From Acinetobacter celticus (GTDB lineage Bacteria > Pseudomonadota > Gammaproteobacteria > Pseudomonadales > Moraxellaceae): a stretch of DNA of 40,000 bases. Positions 1 to 8,763 of this stretch are shown here, one piece after another; within the stretch, counting starts at the first letter, position 1, and each line of letters begins with the position of its first letter. The stretch covers positions 107,650 to 147,649 of the forward strand of contig NZ_MBDL01000010.1 of assembly GCF_001707755.1 (NCBI RefSeq), written 5' to 3'. A program made the position numbers and the translations under genes. Below the pieces are notes generated by a model, which worked only from the letters and a program-made list of their open reading frames with translations, did not search any database and had not been told where the DNA came from.

Positions 1-2
1 TT

Positions 3-248
3 TCACTTGCCACCTTTCTGCTTAATATCCGATGTCGCGTGGCCCCAGATATGCGTGATATTTCCATACATATGTGGGCTTCCTGCCACATCTGAAAATG
101 AAACACCTTCATCTGCGATGGTGCCATCAAGTTGATTGGATTTTTGTTGGTTCTTTTTCTGCATTTTGCGCATGGCGTAATAGCTGTATGCCATTGTTAC
201 AACCATTAGCGCAAGCATGGCGTAAATAACCCATGGTGCAATAACCAT
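3..248 (-). CDS. small membrane-anchored tail-module protein; possibly a truncated N-terminus of a host-specificity/central-fibre protein
   Basis: 81-aa ORF 10 nt downstream of the tail-hub gene. Hydrophobic N-terminus VIAPWVIYAMLALMVVTMAY. The tail SPHMYGNITHIWG...KQKGGK recalls N-termini of long tail-tip proteins. Stop TGA at 3-5, 2 nt from the window edge. Confidence 0.4.
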   Translation of the reverse strand: MVIAPWVIYAMLALMVVTMAYSYYAMRKMQKKNQQKSNQLDGTIADEGVSFSDVAGSPHMYGNITHIWGHATSDIKQKGGK

Positions 249-258
249 TGAGCACTCC

Positions 259-1176
259 TTACTTAATTAGTTGGGTGTAAATTGGATTGCTATTCGGAAT
301 GAATTGATGCCCGGCATAACGAATGTGATTGCTGTACTTTTCATCGCACATCGTTAATGACTGATCACAACCGGGTGCAACCGTCACACTGTCACCCACT
401 TTTAACCCCGCATGCCATCGGTACAGCGTGAAATTACTTGCGGTGCTGGTCGTGATTAAAGTATGTACTCCTTCTTTCAGTAATAAGCCCAAATTCAGCC
501 AGTGGTCTGGATAGACTTTGGTTTCCATGATCGGATCACCATTTTCAAAAATGGGATGCCCCTGCTCATCCAGAACTGGGTGTCCATCTTCGTCTAACAC
601 TGGAATTTGCTCAAACACTGGATGACCTTCAGCATCCAAAACCTGAGTGGGATTTACAGTGAATGTGATATCCAAACCCTCAATTGCGGTGATAGTGACA
701 TCAAAGGCCCAGTCATCAAATTTAAGTCCACACCAACGGTCATAAATGTTGTTCGGGCATGAATATTGAAACTTACGGGTCAGGATATTGCGATTTAAAT
801 ACGACTCACCTGTTTCACATACCAAGGTCAATGTATCCGCATCTTCATCAAATTTTGGCTGTGTGACACGACCTTTGTGCAGTACCAATGTTTCATCACG
901 ATATAGCTCAAGAATCGTAACAGTCACACCGCCATAGAAGATTTTTCCTGCAAATACCAAAGCCAAATCTGCACCTTCTGCATTAAGTAAATTCATCTGC
1001 GGAAAAGTCACTTCGGTATCACATTTATCAATACTTTCATCTTCAATGGCTGTACGTTTTAAGCCACGAACTGGAAGATATTCAATGCCTGCATGGCTGA
1101 CTACTTTACGTTGGTCTGTAAAAAACCATGCACGTGCACCATGCTTAAACTGGTATAGCTCTGCTCTATTTCTCAT
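259..1176 (-). CDS. tail tip/hub protein, DUF2163 plus phage-BR0599-like C-terminal domain (RcGTA g13 type)
   Basis: 305 aa with an ATGA overlap to the upstream gene. Cys motifs YSCPNNIYDRWCGLKF and APGCDQSLTMCDEKYSNHIRYAGHQFIP match my recollection of the BR0599 domain signature. Confidence 0.6.
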   Translation of the reverse strand: MRNRAELYQFKHGARAWFFTDQRKVVSHAGIEYLPVRGLKRTAIEDESIDKCDTEVTFPQMNLLNAEGADLALVFAGKIFYGGVTVTILELYRDETLVLHKGRVTQPKFDEDADTLTLVCETGESYLNRNILTRKFQYSCPNNIYDRWCGLKFDDWAFDVTITAIEGLDITFTVNPTQVLDAEGHPVFEQIPVLDEDGHPVLDEQGHPIFENGDPIMETKVYPDHWLNLGLLLKEGVHTLITTSTASNFTLYRWHAGLKVGDSVTVAPGCDQSLTMCDEKYSNHIRYAGHQFIPNSNPIYTQLIK

Positions 1177-2384
1177 GATGTCAGCTCAACAATGGGGATG
1201 GTCACTTGTGTAATCTGTGCCCCTAGAAATTGGAATTCGATTTGATCCGCATCAAAACGATGTAGGCCCAAATAACATATGGTTTGAATGTCATTGCGAT
1301 GTGCATTAATCGCAGGTGAAACAGTGAGTGAACCACCGGTCTTGCCCGTAATTTCATGCGCAGTCCATGTACCATTTTTACGCTTCACCGCAATATGCTT
1401 GCGATCTGCTTCTACGACGTATTTGGTATTGGTACTCAGTGAGGTAGTGATATTCCCCGTGTTGAGAATATTCAAATGCTTTTCATATAAAGGCATCCAA
1501 AATTCTTGATAGCGCCCCATGCGACGAAATAAAAACTGACGATATTCTGTGTATTGATCCCAGCCTTTTAAAATCGATTTAAAGGGTTTTAGGTAGCGTG
1601 GTTTTTTCCAATGTGTAAACTGCTGAAAGCCACCCACATCGGCATCTACAATATTTTGATGCTGGGTCAGCGTCATTTCTAATGAATTTCCATCCAACAG
1701 CAAGGGTTTGAAATAAATATCTTCGCCCTGGTACTGTTCAGGAATATCACCACTATGCTCGGGTGAGTCTTCGGCAAGAACGCGGAACACAATGCTAGAA
1801 CTAGACCAAAACCCGCCCGTATTGACGGATGCATCGCCATCGATGATGCAAATCCGCATTGGCATAATTGAAGCATTCGAAACCGTCACATTTGAGCTAA
1901 TTCGAAAACCACCTTGATATTCAGTTTCTAATTCCTGAATAATTTCATTGGTTTCAGGATCTCGAATTTCTTCTTGAATAACGATGTAGCGACCGATACC
2001 AATAAGTTCCACAGCCTGAAAGCCTGTAGCGCTTTCAATTAAAGCAAAACCGACTCGAAGGTCGGCTGGGTGCACATTAGTCGGCATGATAATAAAGTCA
2101 TCGTTATCAACATCTGGGATGATTTGCCGAAACTGTGGCAGTGGAATGCCCCACTGTTTACGCAAATTTGCATACAGCATATGGAACATGTCACCCATGG
2201 CTTTACGCATATTGATGTAGTTAAAGCTCAATATCTGGCGCGGTGCATCACGGGAAATATAACGCTCTTCACTGCCATCAAATGACTCATGAACTTCGGT
2301 TTTGAACTCCAGACGTTCGGTTGAATCAAGCAGAGGGCAATTTGTTAATACGTGCACCTCACCGTATGATGTTTGTATTTTCAT
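1173..2384 (-). CDS. minor tail protein, distal-tail (Dit)/GTA g12-like by position
   Basis: 403 aa. It is the first large tail-tip gene after the tape measure and is translationally coupled to the hub gene. No motif recognised. Confidence 0.5.
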   Translation of the reverse strand: MKIQTSYGEVHVLTNCPLLDSTERLEFKTEVHESFDGSEERYISRDAPRQILSFNYINMRKAMGDMFHMLYANLRKQWGIPLPQFRQIIPDVDNDDFIIMPTNVHPADLRVGFALIESATGFQAVELIGIGRYIVIQEEIRDPETNEIIQELETEYQGGFRISSNVTVSNASIMPMRICIIDGDASVNTGGFWSSSSIVFRVLAEDSPEHSGDIPEQYQGEDIYFKPLLLDGNSLEMTLTQHQNIVDADVGGFQQFTHWKKPRYLKPFKSILKGWDQYTEYRQFLFRRMGRYQEFWMPLYEKHLNILNTGNITTSLSTNTKYVVEADRKHIAVKRKNGTWTAHEITGKTGGSLTVSPAINAHRNDIQTICYLGLHRFDADQIEFQFLGAQITQVTIPIVELTS

Positions 2385-2404
2385 TTTGTCCTCGAATTTT
2401 AAAC

Positions 2405-2435
2405 ATTAAAAACCGACCTCGGTTTGGGTCGGTTT
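2405..2435 (-). terminator. intrinsic terminator
   Basis: 9-bp stem AAACCGACC/GGTCGGTTT with an 8-nt loop, followed by a U-run on the minus strand. Confidence 0.6.
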
Positions 2436-2607
2436 ATTTCAGTACTTCAATTAACTTGGCTACTGCAATCAATATTGGCGCAGCCTGCCAAATGCATAAG
2501 CCAACTATCACAAAACCAGCAATAATGTATGTCCAAATTCTTAGCTTTTTGCTTTCAGAAATTTTATTCACTGCTTTATCAACCTTTAGATCTAGGTTAA
2601 AATTCAT
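2434..2607 (-). CDS. small single-pass membrane protein (57 aa, below ORF-track cutoff)
   Basis: Hand translation from ATG 2605-2607 to TAA 2434-2436 gives MNFNLDLKVDKAVNKISESKKLRIWTYIIAGFVIVGLCIWQAAPILIAVAKLIEVLK. Bracketed by hairpins 2654-2675 and 2410-2435. Confidence 0.35.
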   Translation of the reverse strand: MNFNLDLKVDKAVNKISESKKLRIWTYIIAGFVIVGLCIWQAAPILIAVAKLIEVLK

Positions 2608-2653
2608 TTATGTTTTGATCCTCAAGTCTGCTTTGTGGGTTGGAATCAAAAGA

Positions 2654-2680
2654 CCTCAGTGCGCTAACACTGGGGTTTTT
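2654..2680 (+). terminator. terminator-like hairpin, better in plus sense
   Basis: CCTCAGTG/CACTGGGG (one G.U pair valid only in plus sense) followed by TTTTT. Confidence 0.4.
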
Positions 2681-2869
2681 GCTTTTCTGAACTTTAATAA
2701 ATGTTGCAATCAAAGATCAGGCGGAAGAACTTCCGATTATTTTTCATTTTCTAAAAACTGAACTTTTAAATCCTCCGGCCCAATTTCCAAACTCTTCATT
2801 GCTGTTAACTGGCATTGTGTGTGAAGTGAAAATAGGCAAAGATTTTTGTTCCCAATTTTGGATAGCCCG

Positions 2870-2898
2870 AAAAAAAGCCCCACATTTCTGTAGGGCTT
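2870..2898 (-). terminator. intrinsic terminator with no obvious upstream gene
   Basis: Stem AGCCC(C)ACA/TGT(A)GGGCT followed by 7 U on the minus strand. Confidence 0.5.
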
Positions 2899-3077
2899 AG
2901 TCTAAAGCTATTAAAAATAGGCCTTTTGGCGTTTTTCCTGATTTTTAAAATCGTGATCAATGTTAATTTTTGAACAAATTTAGAATCAGGAATATTGAAA
3001 ATAGACCACTTTTAAATATGTTATGGGAATAAAAACATAAACAATGTCTTTTCTCTCTTATATGTGTCCCACTAAAT

Positions 3078-3099
3078 AAAAAAGCCCACTAAAGTGAGC
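3078..3099 (-). terminator. intrinsic terminator after 3122..3481
   Basis: Minus-sense GCUCAC/GUGGGC (G.U pair valid only in minus sense) followed by 6 U. Confidence 0.6.
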
Positions 3100-3121
3100 T
3101 TATATGGTTTTTTAAAATTTA

Positions 3122-3481
3122 TTACTTCTGTTCAATCTTGCCTATGTTAAAAGCATCGATTGAATCGAGATCAACTGATATATAAATCCCATTGGATGAG
3201 GGAATCATTTGGTTGCCTGTCAAATAAGTCGCATCTTTTAAATACAGAGATGGTTCTTCGCTGAACATATCCTCATCACGAACTTCGCCAAACATTTCAT
3301 TTGAGTAATCGAGCATACGCTTTAAGTGCGAGTTTTGTGGAGCAGCATAAAACTCATCCTTAGTGGTAATGGTCCCGCTAATTAATACACCTCTAACACT
3401 TAAGGTAATATCAAACCCCTTCTCTTCAGTATTCCGATTGGCCATAATATTGGCTTGTATTCGAATAAAATTATTTTGCAT
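3122..3481 (-). CDS. accessory protein directly after tape measure; GvpU-like sequence pattern
   Basis: 119 aa. FDITLSVRGVLISGTITTKDEF ... SLYLKDATYL ... VDLDSIDAFNIGKI resembles the gas-vesicle accessory GvpU pattern as I remember it. Followed by minus-strand terminator 3078-3099. Confidence 0.5.
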   Translation of the reverse strand: MQNNFIRIQANIMANRNTEEKGFDITLSVRGVLISGTITTKDEFYAAPQNSHLKRMLDYSNEMFGEVRDEDMFSEEPSLYLKDATYLTGNQMIPSSNGIYISVDLDSIDAFNIGKIEQK

Positions 3482-3502
3482 CTGCCTCTCACTTGTAGTT
3501 AA

Positions 3503-6500
3503 TTAAGCCTTTAACATCCCATTTCTTTTTAAATGATACATGACAACCTTTTCGCCTTTTTTGCCGTACATTTCATTCATCATATCTGCACGATCATCAA
3601 AGATTCCAACACGTACATTACTTTCGATAGGTTGTGGATTAGCCGTCTGCGCCTTAACATTCGCCTGAGCCTGCTTCTCAGCCTGAACATCAGCACCGCG
3701 ATTAATAGCATCCACAGTTCCCATGCCAACGCGGTAGGTGTCTTGTGGAGTAACTAAACCGCCATCCGAATAACCTTTGGGTGGCTGAGATGTTCGCATG
3801 GCTTCCACCACATTCACACCGCCCCAACGCTTGATATCCTCCTGTGACCAAACCACTTCACCTTTATGAACGATACCTGCGGGATCGAACTTACCGCCAG
3901 CACCAGTGAAACCACCGTCGGCATAACCAGTTGGTTGTGCGACAGAACTAATAATAGATGCAATTTGCGCACCTTGGGCCATGGCACCAGCAATCATTGG
4001 GATATTGTATGGAAAGCCCATCTTTGAAGCTTGAGCGATATTCTGCCCCATTGCTAACGCGGCTTGAGCTACTGCAAATGCTTTCTCGACTGCAAAAGCA
4101 GCTGCATAGGCTTTTGATTTTTCACCGAAGATCGCACCCATCATCGTAGACATGCTGGATGCCATTTGCTCGCCATACCCCAACTGCAATTGAACAGAAG
4201 ACACTTGGTAAGCATTTTCAATGGCGATCATCCTGTCTACATACGCCTGATATGCCTGCTCTTTTAGTGCGTAGTTTTCACCAGCCATTGCAAGCTCAGC
4301 ATCAAATAAAGCTTGGGAGGCATCAAGTCGATCAAACCGTTCTTTTTCAAAATTGAATTGATCTGTCGTGCCCGTCATTTCAGCATTAATACCACCCCAT
4401 TGCTGGACTGCGGTATTTAGGTTTGTGCGCTTTTCTTCAGCTTGCAAGGCGTTTGCAATTTCTAGTTGCCGATTACGTTCTTCCAAATCTTGAGCACTTC
4501 GAGTTATACGAATGCGCTCAAGCTCCCAGTACCGTTCAGACTGAGCATTAGCACTTATTAATCCTTGTTGCATCTGAAAAATGCGCTGTTCTTTGGCTAG
4601 TTGGATTAGGCCGAGTTCGTGAGCACTCTCTTTGTCAGCAGAATCTTTTTTTAACTTGCGTTCTTCTACTAATAGCCCTTTGGTGGAATCAACACGAAGT
4701 TTCTTAATATTTGTCTGAGCTTTTAGTTTTTCAGACTCAGACATACTGTATTCACTCAATTCGAAATCAAGTTCTGTTGCATAAAGCTTTTTTCTAGCCT
4801 CAGATATAGTTCGCGCATCACCAATCATCTTTGTTTTTGAATCCGACTTTAATGATGAGTTATTGATTTTTTCAATTTCATTTTTTAAGTCAGTTTCAAT
4901 TCGGGTGAATTCACTGGTGTAGTCATAGATAAGACTTTTCGCATCCTCTAAAGCCTGTCTTGTATCGCGCTCTAATTCTTTTGCCTCTTTTTTTTGCTGA
5001 GTTAATGCTACTTTCGATGCCTTTGCAGAGGCACTTGCTGTGGCTTGAGCTACTTTCTGGCGAACCTCTCTCTGTTTATCCACTGCATCCAACTCATCAA
5101 GCATCTTCTTCTGCTCAATAGTTACGCCTTTAAACCCCTTCTTGGTATTCTCGTTATAGACCTCTGTCCATCGAGCAGCAGACTGACTGGATTTACCTTG
5201 CTTTTCGAATGCATTTTGAAGTTTCGCTGAGAATACATCCGAATTTAACTTGGTATTAACCTCTGATAGCGCTGATGCTAAATTTCGAACACCAGCAGCC
5301 GCATTATTACCAGCAGTGCTAGTGCTATTAAGCTCCCCACTTAGTTGGGAAATAAATTCTTTCTGGGTTTTAGCAGCTCCCCCTGCCTCATATACGGCTT
5401 TCGCAAAATTAGCTGTTTTATCCTTTGCATCTTGCGAAACTTTGCTTGAATTTTGAACCGATGTATTAAATCTATCTAGATCACCAGTTTTTTGGTATTC
5501 AGCAAAGAGCTTTGATAATTCAATTTGGGATTGAGATACAAATTCCCCCATATCCCCCATATTGCTCGCGTAAACCATAAGCTCAGCCGATGCTTTACGG
5601 TATGCCTCGGTCAATTCATCTAGTTTTTGTCGCTCAGCTGCCATTTGTGCATCGCGCTGAATCCCATTTAATTCTCGGTACTTAACAATGGCATCACCAA
5701 CGGCCTCGTTATTTTCCCGCAATGACTTTGTTGATTTTTCTGAATTATCACTTAGAAGCATATAACCTGCGGCTAGAGCCGTTACACCCAAGGTTAATAC
5801 GCCTGTCCAACCGCCCACCAACCCAAGTAAAGTTGATCCAATTTTACGACTATTATTTAGAGCATTTTGTGCAGCGGTTTCTGCAACTACAGCACCAGTG
5901 GAATTTTTAATTGCAATATTATAAGCAACCTCAGCCATAGCTAAATGCTGTGTGGCACGCGCTTGCTCATCTTTATTTTTAGCATTCACTAATGCCAATT
6001 GAGCCATTCTTAACTCTTGAGCAGCCAAAGAAGCAGTTTGTCTTGTGCGATTAACCTCAACTGTAGCTAATCGAACTTGGCTTTCAATTTCAGCGGTTAT
6101 TGATGCGCGTTTTTTATATGACTCATTGATAGAGCCACGAATGGCAACCGTTTGCTCCGCAATTCGCTTTGTTAAATAAGCAACACCTCCTAGCATTGCC
6201 ACATTTGCCACAGACTCTAGATTTTTTGCTAATTCCCCAAGCGCACCTGCCATAACACCTGTTGCACTTGTTGACTCGTTGGCTTTGCCAAGGTAAACAG
6301 TCACGGCGTTAGACAAAGTTGTAAAACCATCGGCCAAGCTGTTTTCCATGTTATTCGCGAGCTTTTCATTCTGCTCACGTGTTGCAATCAATGTTTTGAT
6401 CAAGTCTTCAAGTGAAACTTTACCTTCAGCACCCAATTTACGGATTTCAGCTTCAGTTTTGCCTGTTGTTTTTGCCATATCTGCAATTACATTGTCAGCA

Positions 6501-7036
6501 CCAGTAACAATAGAGATCCATGCATCACCATCAACTTTGCCTTTAGCCATAGATTTACTAAGTGCATCCATAGCAGACTGTGCTTGATCTATACGTGTAG
6601 CGTTGTGTGTAAATGAAAAACTAAGGGAGTCAGTTAAATCCAAAGTATCCTTTGTGGTTTTCCCTAGCGACTTCATACCACCAGCCATACTTAGGTAAAC
6701 CTCTTGGGCTTCACCAAGTTGACGATATGTTGTGTTGGCATTGGCAAGCAATCGGTCTTGCACTAATGTGTATTCCTCAGCACTTGCGGTCGCATTTCGA
6801 ATACGTGCAGCCATTTGCGTATAACCATCTGCCATAGCAATAGCTTTATTAATGGTTAACAGGCCACCCATGTAGCCAACTAAGCTTTTAATTGAACTCG
6901 ACATTTCAGTCATTTGAGTGTCGACTTTAATGCCTTTAGTTGTTAGATTTTCAAGCTCATTGGCGACTGCCCGTGTGTTTCGTTCAGCATTACGTGAGTC
7001 AATTTCAATGACTAAGCGACTGGTTTGTGTGGTCAT
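3503..7036 (-). CDS. tail tape measure protein
   Basis: 1177 aa from ATG 7034-7036 (RBS AAGGAAAG). The track start TTG 7084 reads through terminator hairpin 7063-7076 and is rejected. Long coiled-coil body and a hydrophobic block GGWTGVLTLGVTALAAGYML. C-terminal GYADGGFTGAGGKFDPAGIVHKGEVVW is typical of lambda-family tape measures. Confidence 0.9.
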   Translation of the reverse strand: MTTQTSRLVIEIDSRNAERNTRAVANELENLTTKGIKVDTQMTEMSSSIKSLVGYMGGLLTINKAIAMADGYTQMAARIRNATASAEEYTLVQDRLLANANTTYRQLGEAQEVYLSMAGGMKSLGKTTKDTLDLTDSLSFSFTHNATRIDQAQSAMDALSKSMAKGKVDGDAWISIVTGADNVIADMAKTTGKTEAEIRKLGAEGKVSLEDLIKTLIATREQNEKLANNMENSLADGFTTLSNAVTVYLGKANESTSATGVMAGALGELAKNLESVANVAMLGGVAYLTKRIAEQTVAIRGSINESYKKRASITAEIESQVRLATVEVNRTRQTASLAAQELRMAQLALVNAKNKDEQARATQHLAMAEVAYNIAIKNSTGAVVAETAAQNALNNSRKIGSTLLGLVGGWTGVLTLGVTALAAGYMLLSDNSEKSTKSLRENNEAVGDAIVKYRELNGIQRDAQMAAERQKLDELTEAYRKASAELMVYASNMGDMGEFVSQSQIELSKLFAEYQKTGDLDRFNTSVQNSSKVSQDAKDKTANFAKAVYEAGGAAKTQKEFISQLSGELNSTSTAGNNAAAGVRNLASALSEVNTKLNSDVFSAKLQNAFEKQGKSSQSAARWTEVYNENTKKGFKGVTIEQKKMLDELDAVDKQREVRQKVAQATASASAKASKVALTQQKKEAKELERDTRQALEDAKSLIYDYTSEFTRIETDLKNEIEKINNSSLKSDSKTKMIGDARTISEARKKLYATELDFELSEYSMSESEKLKAQTNIKKLRVDSTKGLLVEERKLKKDSADKESAHELGLIQLAKEQRIFQMQQGLISANAQSERYWELERIRITRSAQDLEERNRQLEIANALQAEEKRTNLNTAVQQWGGINAEMTGTTDQFNFEKERFDRLDASQALFDAELAMAGENYALKEQAYQAYVDRMIAIENAYQVSSVQLQLGYGEQMASSMSTMMGAIFGEKSKAYAAAFAVEKAFAVAQAALAMGQNIAQASKMGFPYNIPMIAGAMAQGAQIASIISSVAQPTGYADGGFTGAGGKFDPAGIVHKGEVVWSQEDIKRWGGVNVVEAMRTSQPPKGYSDGGLVTPQDTYRVGMGTVDAINRGADVQAEKQAQANVKAQTANPQPIESNVRVGIFDDRADMMNEMYGKKGEKVVMYHLKRNGMLKA

Positions 7037-7055
7037 ATCACTTTCCTTTAGGCAT

Positions 7056-7113
7056 AAAAAAAGCGCCTTCGGGCGCACAGACAATAAAAAACCGACCTCA
7101 CAGTGGGTTGGTT
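7056..7113 (-). terminator. two tandem terminators immediately upstream of the tape measure start
   Basis: AACCGACC/GGTTGGTT (7090-7113) and GCGCC-ttcg-GGCGC (7063-7076), each followed by a U-run on the minus strand. Confidence 0.6.
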
Positions 7114-7253
7114 TAAGATTTAATTGCCGAAACTAACTCGGGGGATTTCCATGCAAGTATCATCAATATAATGATGAGTGTTACCTTCCAGAAACCATAT
7201 TTATCCATGATTGCCTCTACAAATTTAATAATCACTGTTATACTTTCAGGCAT
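7113..7253 (-). CDS. small membrane protein (46 aa from ATG 7253)
   Basis: RBS GAGGAAAG lies upstream of ATG 7251-7253. TM segment WKVTLIIILMILAW. The track's TTG start at 7295 falls in terminator 7294-7329. Confidence 0.4.
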   Translation of the reverse strand: MPESITVIIKFVEAIMDKYGFWKVTLIIILMILAWKSPELVSAIKS

Positions 7254-7293
7254 AAATTTTCTTTCCTCTAGCTTTTCTCGGTTAAGTGGATAC

Positions 7294-7419
7294 AAAAAAC
7301 CCCGATAGCTACCAACTGTCGGGGTTTTTCTTTGGGTGTAAAAAAACCACCGCGAACGATGGTTAATTAATTCTCTCTTACAAGTGTAGCTCTATTAAAA
7401 AAACCTCCCGAAGGAGGTT
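7294..7419 (-). terminator. three consecutive terminator hairpins
   Basis: CCCCGA/TCGGGG (7300-7324), AACCA..TGGTT (7345-7364) and AACCTCC-cgaa-GGAGGTT (7402-7419), each with an A/T run. Confidence 0.6.
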
Positions 7420-7424
7420 CTTGT

Positions 7425-7871
7425 TTATTTATTTCTATACTCCAATGCCATTCTTTCCGTGTGAGTTAGATGCCACGAGTAGCATTCAACTTTCTCATCA
7501 ATACCTAATCGGGTTGGTTTATCAATGAAGTAAGTTGCAAAACTGTGACCATCAATAAAGTTATCATTTATTGCACCAGCCATCCGCGGGCTGATAGTGC
7601 GAATAGCTGGGCCAAATTCTCTCCACCACTTATAAACCCACACCATATGCAAAGCCAAGCCATAAGCGTTATCTCGATAATGCTTATCTACTTCAATCTT
7701 ATCGGCTTTAACTTCCTGCTTTTCAGCCTTCACTTTTAAATCCATTACCTCTAGATAATGCTTTGCATCTTCAAAGTGAATAGCGCGTAATTCACGATAT
7801 GTACCCTTATATTTGAAGTGGTTTTTTAAACGACTCCACATACTCGCAATTGTTCCACCATCAAAACTCAA
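7425..7871 (-). CDS. hypothetical accessory protein (start uncertain: TTG 7871, ATG 7841 or ATG 7745)
   Basis: 148-aa ORF, Trp-rich (HMVWVYKWWREF). Followed by terminator 7397-7419. Its 5' end overlaps the divergent Arc-like gene unless the ATG 7745 start is used. Confidence 0.5.
   Translation of the reverse strand: MSFDGGTIASMWSRLKNHFKYKGTYRELRAIHFEDAKHYLEVMDLKVKAEKQEVKADKIEVDKHYRDNAYGLALHMVWVYKWWREFGPAIRTISPRMAGAINDNFIDGHSFATYFIDKPTRLGIDEKVECYSWHLTHTERMALEYRNK
7776..7795. promoter_or_regulatory. inverted repeat GTGAAT-N8-ATTCAC upstream of the Arc-like gene (candidate operator)
   Basis: Arms at 7776-81 and 7790-95, ending 18 nt before the TTG 7813 start. Confidence 0.35.
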
Positions 7872-8109
7872 AGAGCAAATTGAGAAGTCTGCTAATAATA
7901 ATGAGCGCTCTATTACAGCCGAGCTTGTTGCACGCTTAGAACAAAGTCTTGCTTTATATCCTGAAGATCATCCGATAAATATGTCTCCAGAAGAGCTAAT
8001 GCAACGCACAACCCAGACCGTTGCCAAAGAGGTGGTTGAGGAATTTATTGAAAGGATGAAGAAAAACGATTTGGGAAATATTAAAATTGAGTTTATTGAG
8101 AAAAAGTAA
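7813..8109 (+). CDS. Arc/MetJ-type ribbon-helix-helix DNA-binding protein with C-terminal extension
   Basis: KRLHILAIVPPSKLKEQIEKSANNNERSITAELVARLEQSL fits the Arc RHH pattern of beta strand, helix, RS.NAEIV.RLE.S. TTG start. It is the only plus-strand gene inside the late region and ends at bidirectional terminator 8173-8196. Confidence 0.6.
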   Translation: MKWFFKRLHILAIVPPSKLKEQIEKSANNNERSITAELVARLEQSLALYPEDHPINMSPEELMQRTTQTVAKEVVEEFIERMKKNDLGNIKIEFIEKK

Positions 8110-8172
8110 ATTAGCGCTACCCCTTCTCAAACCTCTAAAATGAGGTTTCACTCCCCATATGTGAGGAGCATT

Positions 8173-8196
8173 AAAAAAGCACCCTAGGGTGCTTTT
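8173..8196. terminator. bidirectional terminator shared by convergent genes
   Basis: AGCACCC-ta-GGGTGCT flanked by an A-run and a T-run. Confidence 0.65.
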
Positions 8197-8198
8197 GC

Positions 8199-8732
8199 TT
8201 ACTTTATATCATTAACAACATCATCTAAGTACCAGTCTTTAGCAAAGGTATTCACATCTTCTATTTGCTTGCCTGTCACCCCTAACCAACCACCAGTCCA
8301 AGATCCATATTGTGGTTCACCATCTAGTGTGTATACGTTCTCAGGCATTGTTCGCAGTGTGTAGATAGGATTTTGAAATTCATACTCTTTACCCAGTTTT
8401 TGAAAATAATCGCCCTTGAAATAGAATTTATCCTCCCCCTTGTAGCCAAGATAAACTTTATTGAATTGCTTATCTTTTGTTTTTTCAGAAAACTGGAGCA
8501 TCACTCGACTCACATCTAGTGCACTATTTTCTCCAGATATACCTCGGAGGTCATACTTTAACTCAGCTGGATTGATAAACCATTTGTAATGAACCCAAAC
8601 CTTTACACCCTCATTCCTTGGATCGCCTTTTAAAACACTTACCATGTGTCTTTGAAGCGAGAAATAATTCACTGTAAATATGCTTACTACAGCAATAATA
8701 ATTCCCAAAGCTACTATTTTTAAAGTTTTCAT
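8199..8732 (-). CDS. membrane-anchored accessory protein
   Basis: 177 aa with an N-terminal signal-anchor MKTLKIVALGIIIAVVSIFTV. No family recognised. Confidence 0.6.
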   Translation of the reverse strand: MKTLKIVALGIIIAVVSIFTVNYFSLQRHMVSVLKGDPRNEGVKVWVHYKWFINPAELKYDLRGISGENSALDVSRVMLQFSEKTKDKQFNKVYLGYKGEDKFYFKGDYFQKLGKEYEFQNPIYTLRTMPENVYTLDGEPQYGSWTGGWLGVTGKQIEDVNTFAKDWYLDDVVNDIK

Positions 8733-8763
8733 ATTTTAATACCCCGTAAACAACGCAATCAAT

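Noticed and set aside
2321-2761. 146-aa plus-strand ORF spanning the 1173..2384 gene start and the spacer.
   Set aside because: It runs through two terminator hairpins and overlaps a better small minus-strand ORF. The sequence is Cys/Phe/Arg-rich junk-like and has no RBS.
3533-6837. Nine plus-strand ORFs of 61-79 aa inside the tape measure gene (3533..3757, 3958..4149, 4159..4356, 5045..5230, 5250..5456, 5722..5910, 6348..6587, 6652..6837 and others).
   Set aside because: They are antisense shadows of a long, clearly coding minus-strand gene. They have low-complexity or odd composition, no RBS and no terminators.
7037-7084. Track start of the tape measure at TTG 7084, adding 16 N-terminal residues.
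   Set aside because: The extension is encoded by the GCGCC-ttcg-GGCGC terminator plus its U-run. ATG 7036 has a good RBS (AAGGAAAG).
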